64,000 nucleotides of DNA, from NCBI GenBank assembly GCA_030390025.1, contig JASTWF010000355.1, positions 124,001 through 188,000 on the forward strand, given 5' to 3'. The stretch comes from Squalus acanthias (Eukaryota). The notes under the pieces were generated by a model. The model was not told the origin of the DNA and did no database searches. It worked only from the letters and a program-made list of their open reading frames with translations. The position numbers were made by a program, and so were the translations under genes. Of this stretch, positions 52,101 to 64,000 are shown piece by piece. How positions within the stretch are numbered: the first letter of the stretch is position 1; each line of letters begins with the position of its first letter.

Positions 52101-55100
52101 TGTTGTTACTAAATTGGTTAGCCCAATCTATATGTAGATTAAAGTCACCCATGATGACTGCTGTGCCCTTATTGTACGCTTCTGTAATTTCCCTTATAAT
52201 CCCATCCCCAACCTCCGCATTACTGTTTGGAGATCTAATTATCACTCCCACTAACGTTTTCTGCCCCTTGGTATTTCTCAATTCTACCCATACAGATTCC
52301 ACATCATCAGAGCTGATATCCTTCCTTACCATTGTGTTTATCCCCTCTTTAGCCAGCAATGCTACGCCACATCCCTTTCCTTTTTGCCTATCTTTCCCGA
52401 ATATTGAATACCCCTGGATGTTGAGTTCCCAGCCTTGGTCACCTTGGAGCCATGTTTCCGTAATCCCAATCAAATCAAATTCGTTTACCTCTATTTGCGC
52501 AGCTAATTCATCCACCTTATTCCGAATACTCCTCGCATTAAGACACAAAGGCTTCAGGCTTCTTTTTTTAACGCTCTTAGACCTAATAGAATTATTATTT
52601 ACTGTGGCCATGTTTGATTTAAACAGTTGATTTCTCTGACTGGCAGTTTTGTTTATATACTTCCTATCTTTTGCATTTATGCTTGTTTCCCTTTCCTCTG
52701 TCTCCCTGCTCAGGGTCCCACCCCCCTGCCATTTTAGTTTAAACCCTCCCCCAGAGCACGAGCAAACACTCCCCCTCGGACATCGGTCCCGGCCCTGCCC
52801 AGGTGCAAACCTTCAAGTTTGTACTCGTCTCACCTCCCCCAGGATCGGTTCCAATGTACTTGGAATTTAAATCCGTCCCTAATTGCACCATTCCTCTAGC
52901 TACGTATTCATTTGAAATATCCTTCTATTTCTACTCTGACCAGCACGTGGCACTGGTAGCAATCCTGAGATTACTATCTTTTGAGGTCCTATTTTTTAAT
53001 TTACCTTCTAACTCCCTTCACATTCACAGTCTGTCCCACTCCCAATTCAAACAATGCCCCAGATAACCAGTCCAATGTCTGATACAGTAACAGTGGGAAA
53101 CTTGATCATTCACAGTCTGTCCCTCTCCCAATTCACACAATGCCCCAGATAACCAACCCAATGTCTGATACAGTAACAGTGGGAAACTTGACCATTCACA
53201 ATGTGTCCCACTCCCAATTCACACAATGCCCCAGATAACCTGCCCAAGGTCTGATACAGTAACAGTGGGAAACTTGACCAGTCACAGTCTGTCCCACTCC
53301 CAATTCACACAATGCCATAGAAAACCTGCCCATGGACTGATACAATAACATCGGGACACTTAACCATTCACAGTCTGTCCCAATCCCAATTCACACAATG
53401 CCCCAGATAACCTGCCCAAGGACTGATACAACAACATTGGGACAATTGACCATTCACAGTCTGTCCCACTCTCAATTCACACATTATCCCAGAGAACCTA
53501 CCCAAGTACTGATAAAGTAACATTGGGACACTTAACCATTCACAGTCTGTCCCACAAAAAATTCACACAAAGCCCCAGATAACCTGCCCACGGTCTGTTA
53601 CAATGACAGTGGGACACTTGACCATTCACAGTCTGTCCCACTTCCAATTCACACAATGCCACAGATAACCTGGCCAAGGTCTGATACAATAACAGTGAGA
53701 CACTTGACCATTCACAGTCTGTCCCACTCCCAATTCATACAATGCCCCAGATAACCTGCCCAAGGTCTGATACAGTAACAGTGGCACACTTGACCATTCA
53801 CAGTCTGTCCCACTCTCAATTCACACAATGCCACAGATAACCTGGCCAAGGTCTGATACAGTAACAGTGAGACACTTGACAATTCACAGTCTGTCCTACT
53901 CCCAATTCACACAATGCCCCAGATAACCTGCCCAAGGTCTGATAAAATAACAGTGGGACACTTGACCATTCACAGTCTGTCGCACACCCAATTCATACAA
54001 TGCCCCAGATAACCTGCCCAAGGTCTGATACAGCAACAGTGGGACACTTGACCATTCACAGTCTGTCCCACTCCCAATTCACATAATGCCCCAGATAACC
54101 TGCCCAAGTACTGATAAAGTAACATTGGTACACTTGACCATTCACAGTCTGTCCCACAAAAAAATCACACAAAGCCCCAGATAACCTGCCCAAGGACTGA
54201 TACAGCAACAGTGGGACACTTGACCATTCACAGTCTGTCCCACTCCCAATTCACACAATGACCCAGATAACCTGCCCAAGGACTGATACAATAACAGTGG
54301 GACACTTGTCCATTCACAGTCTGTCCCACTCCCAATTCACACAATGCCCCAGATAACCTGCCCAAGGTCTGATACAGCAACAGTGGGACACTTGACCATT
54401 CACAGTCTGTCCCACTCCCAATTCACACAATGACCCAGATAACCTGCCCAAGGACTGATACAATAACAGTGGGACACTTGTCCATTCACAGTCTGTCCCA
54501 CTCCCAATTCACACAATGCCCCCGATAACCTGCCCAAGGTCTGATACAGCAACAGTGGGACACTTGACCATTCACAGTCTGTCCCACTCCTAATTCACAC
54601 AATGTCCCAGCTAACCTGCCCAAGGTCTGATAAAATAACAGTGGGACGCTTGACCATTCACAGTCTGTCCACTCCCAATTAACTCAATACCCCAGATAAC
54701 CTGACCAAGCTCCGATACAGTAACAGTGGGCACTTGACCATTCACAGTCTGTCCCAGACACAATTCTCACAATGCCCCAGATAACCTGCCCAAGGTCTGA
54801 TACAGTAACTTTGGGACACTTGACCATTCACAGTCTGTCCCACTCCCAATTCACACAATGCCCCCGATAACCTGCCCAATGTCTGATACCGTAACAGTGA
54901 GACACTTGACCATTCACAGTCTGTCCCACTCTCAATTCACACAATGCCCCCGATAACCTGCCCAAGGTCTGATACAATAACAGTGGGACACTTGACCATT
55001 CACAGTCTGTCCGACTCCCAATTCACACAAAGTCCCTGATAACCTGCCCAAGGTCTGATACAGTAACTTTGGGACACTTGACCATTCACAGACTGTCCCA

Positions 55101-55662
55101 CTCCCAATTCACACAATGCCCCCGATAACCTGCCCAAGGTCTGATACAATAACAGTGTGACACTTGACCATTCACAGTCTGTCCCACTCCCAATTCACAC
55201 AATGCCCCAGATAACCTGCCCAAGGTCTGATACAATAACAGTGAGACACTTGACCATTCACAGTCTGTCCCACTCCCAATTCACACAATGCCCCAGATAA
55301 CCTGCCCAAGGTCTGATACAATAACAGTGGAACACTTGACCATTCACAGTCTGTCCCACTCCCAATTCACACAATGTCCCAGATAACCTGCCCAAGGTCT
55401 GATACAGTAACAGTGAGACACTTGACCATTCACAGTCTGTCCCACTCCCAATTCACACAATGCCTCAGATAACCTGCCCAAGGTCTGATACAATAACAGT
55501 GTGACACTTGACCATTCACAGTCTGTCCCACTCCCAATTCACACAATGCCCCAGATAACCTGCCCAAGGTCTGATACAATAACAGTGAGACACTTGACCA
55601 TTCACAGTCTGTCCCACTCTCAATTCACACAATGCCCCAGATAACCAGCCCAAGGTCTGATG
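49105..55662 (+). repeat. 86-bp minisatellite, subfamily 2 (49105-49685 and 53020-55662), split by a CR1
   Basis: Unit ATTCACAGTCTGTCCCACTCCCAATTCACACAATGCCCCAGATAACCTGCCCAAGGTCTGATACAGTAACAGTGGGACACTTGACC. Confidence 0.95.
49688..53020 (-). mobile_element. CR1 LINE: APE endonuclease, RT and end of ORF1, with internal deletions
   Basis: ORF 51607..52611 (LNARSIRNK, ITETWL, GDFN, SDHN); RT ORFs 50454..50726 and 49973..50404; (catagaa)n tail at 49688-49712. Confidence 0.95.
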
Positions 55663-55926
55663 CTTTAAAGTGGGGCAGTTGACTATTCGCTCTCTGTCCA
55701 TATACCACTGATATCCTGTGCCCTATTTCCCAGTAAATATTAGAATCAAGTGTGGATTTGAAATAGTTCTCAGCTATTAACTTAGTTTTAATTTCTACAC
55801 GCGGCTCTATCGAAACTGCCAATTAAATCTTGCAATATTTTATGAATGGTGAAATGGTATTGAGGAGTTGTATTTCAGTCAATACAAATAACACTGAGAA
55901 CCACTTTCTGACTGTTCTAATTGAAG

Positions 55927-57700
55927 ATGTACAGCAGAAACACAAGGACACACTCCGGGAACAAACTGAAACACTGAGAGTGAACACTATCCTAATAAAG
56001 GAGAAGGTTAAGATTTTCCAGCTGGTTGATCGATACGCTGAGCTAACGATCATTTCTACTGTTCGAGATCGGACACTTGTAGAACATGAACTGCTGGCAA
56101 GAGGCCGAGACCATGAAGAGTGGAGAAAGAAAGATCTCAAGAGAGAGCTGGAAAAAATCCGAACTGGTCAATTGTTCCAGAGGTGTTTTTTCCAGAAAGG
56201 AGGTTTGTTCCAGAAAATAAAGGGCATCTTCCGGCGATCAAAGTCTGGGAGTTCCGCAGCAGTGAGCGGAGTCCCGGGGATTGGAAAAACAACAATGGTA
56301 CAAAAGGTTGTTCATGACTGGGCCACTGGGAAAATATTCCCACACTTTCAATTTGTTTTCAGCTTTAAATTCCGGGATTTGAACGCTATTAACTGTCGAA
56401 TAAACCTGAGGAATCTGATACTGGATCTGTATCCTTACTTTGGAACTATTCTTGGAGAGCTCTGGAAGAACCCAGATGGATTGCTGTTTATATTCGATGG
56501 TCTGGATGAATTCAAAGACGGGATCGATTTTGCTGACAATCGGAGAAATACCGAACCTCAACACATGTGCACAGATCCTGAAGACTGGTGTGAAGTGTCT
56601 GACATTGTGTACAGTTTAATACAGCACAAGCTGCTCCCAGGATGTTCAGTGCTAGTGACCAGCCGCCCCACTGCATTACATTTATTGGAAAAGGCTGAGA
56701 TCAGTGTCTGGGCTGAAATCCTGGGATTTGTTGGTGAAGAACGGAAGGAATATTTCAACAAGTTTTTTGAAGATCTGACGGTGGCAGCAGCTGTTTTCAA
56801 ACACGTGGAAGAGAACGAGATCCTGTACACCATGTGCTACAACCCTTCCTACTGCTTGATCCTCGGCCTCTCACTGGGCCCCTTCTTTACACAAAGAGAC
56901 AGGAATCAGCAGCGAGTTCCCAAGACCATCACCCAACTATATTCCTACTATATCTACAACATTCTGAAAAACCATGGCCGAGAGATTGAAAACCCCCGTG
57001 ATGTGTTACTGAAGCTTGGTGAGATGGCCTTCACAGGAGTCTCCGAGAAGAAGATTGTGTTTGAAAATAGAGATTTGATCAAGTACAATCTGCAACCTTC
57101 CCAGTTCCTGTCTGGGTTCATGATGGAACTTTTGGAGAGAGATGATTCTGTCCAGAGCGTGGTGTACACATTCCCGCACCTCACCATCCAAGAGTTTGTA
57201 GCCGCACTCGCACAATTCTTAACTACAGATCCCGGGGACATCCTGAAACTCCTCAGGGAATCCCACAGCAAGGAAGATGGGCGATTTGAGATATTTCTCC
57301 GTTTTGTTGCTGGTCTCTCCTCCCCACAGGCAGCTCGGCCCCTGGAGGAGTTTCTGGGTCCTTTTCTTCATCAAACCACCTGCCGAGTGATTGACTGGGT
57401 GATGGAGAAGGTTGAAGGACAGTTTGGAAACACAGAGAGTGAAACTGGGAAAAGGAACCTCCTGAACACATTCCACTACCTGTTTGAGTCTCAGAATAAA
57501 GGACTGGCTCGGAAAACAGTGGGATCTGTGGAATCACTTACATTTAGTAGATTGACATTGACCCCGATTGACTGTGCGGTCCTTTCTCACGTCATTGGAC
57601 TCTGTGATACAATAAAAGAACTCGATCTCGGAGGCTGCTCCATTCAGTGTGAAGGTCTCCAGCGGCTGGGACACGAACTGCACAAATGCCGGGTGTTGAG
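55927..57700 (+). CDS. NLR coding exon 5: FISNA-like region, NACHT NTPase, winged helix/HD2 and first LRR (NLRC3/NLRP3-like receptor)
   Basis: Walker A GVPGIGKT, Walker B LLFIFDGLDE, sensor VLVTSRP, YTFPHLTIQEFVAA, FEIFLRFVAGL, first LRR IKELDLGGCSI. AAG acceptor ending 55926, AG|GTAACT donor (phase 2). No internal stops. Confidence 0.96.
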
Positions 57701-57740
57701 GTAACTGTTTATTTGTCTCTAACAGTTGGGTGAATTTTAA

Positions 57741-58530
57741 TGATGTGGAGATGCCGGTGTTGGACTGGGGTGGGCAAATGTGAGAAGTCGCACAACACCA
57801 GGTTATAGTCCAACAGCTTTATTTGAAATCACAAGCTTTCGGAGCGCTGCTCCTTCTTCAGGTGAAGTGAAGAGATGCATATAGTTACAGCATATATAGG
57901 CAGAGAGCACTGCCAGATGATTACAGTTAATCTTTCTAACTGCCCTTTATCACACCTCGGCAGAGAGAGAATCACGGCAACCAAAGGTGTGGATGGTGTC
58001 CAAACAGTTCAGTCAGGAAAACATTACATCAAAGACAATGAGGTGGGGTCACAAGGGGTCAATTGTGGCAGATGCAGGGGTCTGTATGGAAAATAAAAAA
58101 CTTGTTTTTCTGGAAATCACAGCAGGTCCGACCGCATCTGTGTAGAGAGAACTAGCCAACGACGACACGAGTCTGAATAACTCTACGTCAGGTGGTGTTA
58201 CATGTAGCGTGACATGAACCCAAGATCCCGGTTGAGGCCGTCCTCATGGGTTCGGATCTTGGCTATCAGTTTCTGCTCGACGATTTTGAGTTGTCGTGTG
58301 TCTCGAAGGCCGCCTTGGAGAACGCTTACCCGTAGATCGGAGGCTGAATGTCCTTGACTGCTGAAGTGTTCCCCGACTGGGAGGTCACAATCCTGCCTGG
58401 CGATTGTTGCGCGGTGTCCATTCATACGTTGTCGCAGTGTCTGCATGGTCTCGCCGATGTACCATGCTCCGGGGCATTCCTTCCTGCAACGTGTGAGGTA
58501 GACAACGTTGGCCGAGTCACATGAGTATGA
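57741..58530 (-). mobile_element. Penelope-like element fragments: 3' end with intact hammerhead core (57830-57864) and GIY-YIG C-terminus
   Basis: Reverse strand reads cacCTGAAGAaggagc-agc-gctccGAAAgcttgtg; ORF 58198..58446 LRQRMNGHR...VGEHFS...EQKLI...GLN. Confidence 0.88.
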
Positions 58531-59389
58531 ATTGTAGAACAGTCACGGATTGTGTTTTTGCTCCGTAATGTAGTGAACAAACAGTTCAGTTAAACCATGG
58601 AGAAGCAGATTCAACACAAATATGACCAATAATAACAGGATCGGTCAGTAATTCACTGAGGACTGGAGAATCTAAAATGGATCCTTATGAACAAGTTGGG
58701 ATTTTACAATCTTTATCGGATTAGCAAATACAGGTCACTGAGAGTCTGAAAATTGAATTATAATAAATCATATTTAATAAGGCTGGACAGCAGAATGTAA
58801 ACCTAAAATATAATCCGGCAGTAAAGATAAAATTAATTTTAAATATTTTCCACATACACCATTTCAACTGGGAACAGGAGAGAAACCCAAGTTAAAAAAA
58901 CTAACAGTTCGATATTTACTCCAAAAACATGCAGGGTGTGCAGGGTTTGTTTCCTGGAGTGGGAATATTGGGGAATCAGGATTTTTTTCAGCTGTAAATG
59001 TTTATATTGTTCACAGTCCTTAACATTGAGTAAAGTTTGATATTCAGGTTCTTAAATCTGCCGGTGAAAAGGATGCAATCTAACGTGTTGTGAGGAATTA
59101 GCCCCGGAGTACAGACACACACCGGCCACCGGTGGGGCCTCGCACACAGCGGGCGGCTCCTGGGTAAACCGGAGGCAGTGAACCCGGAAATTCCCCATAA
59201 TCCGCCCCCTGAGTGTGAGGCCCCGCTCGGGGAGGGAACTTCCGAAAATTCCCCAAAACCTGTCGGGCCAGTTACACCTGAAATAAATGTAGAGCCAGTT
59301 TAATGGGGAATAAAGTGAGAGACTCCCCTCCCCTATAAGCTCGGAGTACAGGGACATTTCAAACTTGTAAAGGGACAGAATGAACTCTA

Positions 59390-60690
59390 TTGCTGCTATT
59401 GACAAACATTCACTATAAGCCCTCTGACTCCCACAGCTACCTGGAATACAGTTCCTCCCATCCCGCTTCCTGTAAGGACGCTGCTCCATTCTCCCAGTTT
59501 TTCCGTCACTGCCACATTTGCTCTGACGATGGCACGTTCCATACTAGTGCTTCCGACATGTCTACCTTGTTCCTCAACCCAGGATGCCCCTCTACCGTGG
59601 TTGGGCTCTTGACTGTGTCCGTTCTATTTCCCGCACTTCTGCTCTCACCCCTTCCCCTCCCGCCCAGAACCACGATAGGGTTCCCCTTGTCCTCACCTTT
59701 CACCCCACCAGCCTCCGCATTCACCGGATCATCCTCCGCCATTTCCGCCACCTCCAGCGTGATCCCACCACCGAACACATCTTCCCCTCACATCCTCTTT
59801 CCGAAGGGCCTGCAACCTCCACGACACCCTGGTCCACTCCTCTATCACCCCCAACACCCCTTACCCTTCCCACGGCACCTTCCCGTGCAAGCGCAGGAGA
59901 TGCTGCACCTGCCCTTTTACAACTTCTCTTCCCACTGTCGCCCCACACACTCCTTCCAGGTAAAACAGCGATTTACTTGTACTTCTTGCAATTTAGTATA
60001 CTGTATTCGCTGCTCATGATGCGGTCTCCTCTAAATTGGGGAGACCAAACGCAGATTGGGTGGCCGCTTTGTGTAACACCTCCGTTAGTCCGTAAGTGTG
60101 AGCCCGATCTTCTGGTCGCCTATCGCTTTAATTCTCTGCTCCACTCCCACTCTGATCTCTCCATTCTCGGGCTCTTACACTCTTCCAACAAAGTACAACA
60201 TAAGATCGAGGAACAGCACCTCATCTTTCAATTAGGCACTTTATAGCCTTCTGGACTTAACATCGATGTTCAACAATTTCAGACTATAAACTCGGCCCCT
60301 ATTTTATTTTTTTCATTATTGTTTTTCCTTTTCCATTTTACCCCTCGCATGACAGCTGTTGATGACTTTGCCATTGCCATTCACATCTCTTCTAGATTAA
60401 TGTATTTATTTTTAACCAGTCCCATTACCATTACCTGATGCTTGCACCATCATCCCTTTTGTCTTTTAATCTCTCCTGTCTTCCACCCTATCACAGACCT
60501 TCCCTTTTGTTCTTTCCTCCGCTCCCCCCACCTTTCCCGGCCCCGACACTTGCTTAAAAACCTGTTACATCTGTAACTTTTTCCAGTTCTGACGAAGGGT
60601 CCTCGTCCTGTAACATTAACTCTGTTTCTCTCTCTATAGATGCTGCCTGACCTGCTGGGTATTTCCAGCATTTCCTGTTTTTATTTCAGC
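59390..60690 (+). mobile_element. Second Penelope-like family: RT thumb, GIY-YIG, 3' end with degenerate hammerhead
   Basis: YKPSDSHSYLEYSSSHP, VPLVLTFHP, FTCTSCNLVYCIRC, IGETKRR, EEQHLIF; CTGACGAagggtc at ~60589. Confidence 0.9.
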
Positions 60691-62083
60691 ATAAATTCTC
60701 CGTGTTATATAAAATCCTGGGGGACAGATTTTACAGCAGCAGTTACCGTTTCACAATATAACTCACCCCGAGATATTATACAGATTAATGTAATGCACAG
60801 TGTATAAAGTACAGTGAATCACCGCTTTATCAATTAATTCTGGGGAAAATCGCCCCATTCCCAGAAAATCCGGGATTTAAGGAGCAACAGAAATGAGACA
60901 AGTTTCTCCAAGCATGACGAGGCCTGTCACTGAGCTCCAGGAGGGTAATTCTGATCATCAGGGAATGAGACCGGACTGAGGGACATTTAAAGGCTTCATA
61001 CAGTTAGCACTTTAGTTAATAAATACAGTTACGGACAGTCCCTGAATATATGGGCAGTTGGACAGAGTGAGATACATTCCCAGTGAGGGGGGAATTTCGC
61101 AGGGGTCAATGGGCGCGATCAGTGGCGGGTCAATTGGGAAAATGGATTTTTCCCCAGCAGGTCTGGACCCCGCTGTCAACCCGCCGCCACGCGCCTTTCC
61201 CAAATGTCGGGTCTGTTGGCGATTTGCAGACCCGACACGTAGCGGCAGGGGAGGCAATTCAGGTCATTATGACCTTGTTAACAAAGGATTAACAACTATT
61301 TTCAGCTCACCTTCAGAGTTTACCAGGTCGCCCACGTGGTCCAGGCTGCTCGGGGATCACGTCAGGTAAGCAGGGCGGGAGTTGAAAGGCCATGGAATCA
61401 TCTCATTACTTGACAGCTGGAAATGTGCTATAAAAGCTCACATCTCACAGCTCTTCACTTTCCTAGGTCAGAAGCTGTTGCTTACTGCATTTGGAAGACT
61501 GATTTAGCTTTATGCAGGTTGCAAGTGTTTGAGCAAACTCTCTATCCAGTGTCACCTCATTGGAACAACCTCTCTCACCATTGACAGATCGCTTCTGACA
61601 TCTCAAGTTCACCTGCCATCTGTGACATCAGTATGGGTATGGTTTATACTGCCTAATCTTGGGCCTCAGAACCCCACCACGATCAGCCCCAACACCTGCA
61701 GCACCAGGCACACCAGCAGCACCAACAACAACACCAACCTGTTCCACAACTCCTGATGCTGCACAGCACAGAGGGCATGAACACCCGACCACATTGCTGA
61801 CCGGGTCGCCAGAGATGGCCTCACCATGGCCAGATTGTCTTCACTTGACCCTGCACGCCCTTGATGACACATGATGCGCCAGGTTGGCACCAGCCCACAC
61901 CAACAACACAAAGCATCCCTACAATGCCCAAAACATTCCTGCCACACTCATCAGCATTGCGGGGAGTTCTGTTATGTCTCACCATTCACTGCAACTCACT
62001 AAGCCACATCCAAAGGTGCAGACAAATCTGTTGAAAAGCGGAAAGAGTTGAAAATAAATATTTCAATGTTTGACACCTCATTA

Positions 62084-63858
62084 GGGAACGGTAGCGTAGT
62101 GGTAACGTCACTGGGCTAGTAACTCCAAACCCACAGCATTGTGGTTGACTGTTAACTGCCCTCTGAAATGGCCTAGTAAGTAACAGCTATGAAACAAAAT
62201 GACCATTCGGGACCGGCTACGGAGAGGGCAACAGCGCAGCCAGCCCAGTCAACCCTGCAAAGTCCTCCTCACCAAAATCTGGGGACTTCTGCCAAAATTG
62301 GGAGAGCTGTCGCACAGACTAGTCAAGCAACAGCCTGACAGGATCATACCTTTGAGCCAATGTCCCGAATTTCTCCATCACCATCCCTGGTTATGTATTG
62401 TCCCACCTGCAGAACAGACACACCAGGGGTGGTGGCACAATGGGAAACAGTCGGAAAGGAGTGTCCCTGGGATTCCTCAACATTGACTCCGGACCACATG
62501 AAGTCTCATGGCTTCACGTCAAACATGGGCAAGGAAACCTCCTGCTGATTACCACCTACCGCCCTCCCTCAGCTGATGAATCAGTACTCCTCCATGTTGA
62601 ACACCACTTGGAAGTAGCAAGGGCACAGAATGTAATCTGGGTGGGGGACCTCAATGTCCACCACCAACAGTGGCTCGGTAGCACCACTGCTGGCCAAGTC
62701 TTGAAGGATATAATAGCCAGCCAGCCTGCGGCAGGTGCTGAGGGTAAAACTTACTTGAACTCGTCCTCACCAATCTACCTGCCGCAGATGCATCTGTCCG
62801 TGGCATCAGTGACCACCACACAGTCATTGTGAGGATGAATGCAGCTTCACACTGAGGACACCCTCCATCGTGTTGTGTGGCACTACCTCCTGCTAAATGT
62901 GATAGATTCAGAACAGATCTAGCAGCTCAAAACTGGGCATCCAGGAGGCGCTGTGGGGCAGCAGCAGAATTGTATTCCGCCAAAATTTGTAACCTCATAT
63001 CCCTCACTCTAACATTGCCAGCGGACCAACCCTGGTTAAACAGCGAGTGTAGAAGAGCATGCCAAGTGCAGCACCAGGCGTACCTAAAAAGGAGGTGCCA
63101 ACATGGGGAAGCTGCAACACAGGACTACATGCATGCTAAAAGCAGAAGCAGCGTGGTATAGACAGGGCTAAGCGATCCCACCATCAACGGATCAGGTTTA
63201 AGGTCTGAAGTTCTGCCACATGCAGACGTGAATGGTCGTGGATCATTAAACAACTAGCGGGATTGATGGCTCCATGAATATCCCCATCCTCATTGATGGT
63301 GGAGCTCAGCACTACAGTGCAAAAGACAAGGCTGAAGCGTTTGCAACCATCTTCAGCCAGAAGTGCCGAGTGGAAACTCCATATCGGCCTACTCCTGAGG
63401 TCCCCATCATCACAGGACCAAGCAGCCCGCTTAATTGGCACCACACCCACCACATTAATCATTCACTCCCTCCACCACCGGCGTCCCGTGGCTGCAGTGT
63501 TTACCATCTACATGATGCACTGCAGCAAATCGCCAAGGCTTCTATAGCAGCACCTCCCAAACCCGCGACCTCTTCCACCTAGAAGGACAAGGGCAGCAGC
63601 AGCATGGGAACACCACCACCTGCAAGTTCCAATCCAAATCACACACCATCCTGACTTAGAAGTATATCGCCGTTCCTTCATCGTCACTTGGTCAGAATCT
63701 TGGAACTCCCTACCTAACAGCACTGTGGGAGTACCATCACCACATGGATGGCAGCAGCTCAAGAAGGTGGCTCACCACCACCTTCTCAAGGTCAACTAGA
63801 TATGGACAATAAATGCTGGCATTGCCAGCGACACCCAGATCCCATAATCTAATAAAAA
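62084..63858 (+). mobile_element. LINE family A copy retaining its 5' end (tRNA-like head, APE endonuclease), RT internally deleted, 3' tail intact
   Basis: A-box-like TAGCGTAGTGG at 62092-62102; KVLLTKIWGLLPKLGELSHRLVKQQPD, YRPPS and GDLNVHH APE motifs; jump to post-RT sequence near 63416; tail ends aataaaaa. Confidence 0.88.
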
Positions 63859-64000
63859 GAATGAACAGAAGCTTCACATGAACATTGGATAAAACACACA
63901 ATTGCCTACCCTTGTGTGTTGTTTTTTGGTATGATTGGAGTAGGACGAGGGTAGTGTGAGGGGTGGCTAGTGAGATGGACATGTGATAATTTAGATAGCG

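Noticed and set aside
55830..55926. ORF-track start for the 624-aa NACHT ORF
   Set aside because: Intronic read-through; the phase-compatible splice acceptor is at 55926 and upstream exons supply the N-terminus.
59050..59330. GC-rich MITE-like fragment (similar case at ~46270-46610)
   Set aside because: Termini and TSD could not be defined.
61087..62080. Possible Harbinger-derived element end (GGGGGAATTTC start, GC-rich hairpins, CA-rich stretch)
   Set aside because: No second TIR, TSD or recognisable transposase motif found; too weak to call.

Overview
Eukaryotic (not prokaryotic) genomic DNA, most likely from a shark/elasmobranch (inferred from the CR1, L2, Penelope and Deu-type SINE repeat content and the NLR subtype). 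The window holds the 5' two-thirds of one + strand, multi-exon NLR immune receptor gene. It has a CpG-rich promoter near 9.6-9.9 kb, a probable non-coding exon (19427-19667), four small coding exons (30550-38924) encoding a CARD-like death-fold, and a 1774-bp FISNA-NACHT-HD2 exon (55927-57700). All coding exons join in frame through GT-AG introns; the LRR exons presumably lie beyond the window. Roughly 21 kb of its introns are minisatellite arrays (31, 40, 51, 39 and 86 bp units), several carrying the RAG heptamer CACAGTG. The remainder is LINEs, Penelope elements with hammerhead cores, and MITEs with 3-bp AWT target duplications. Upstream lie a decayed retroviral env (furin site plus a fusion-peptide motif, lokiretrovirus/foamy-like) with PPT and 3' LTR, and a separate solo LTR. 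Top leads: the env/LTR remnant, the CARD-like NLR, a LINE whose 5' end is a tRNA-type SINE head, the promoter duplication that seeded two arrays, the heptamer arrays, and a Penelope foldback palindrome.
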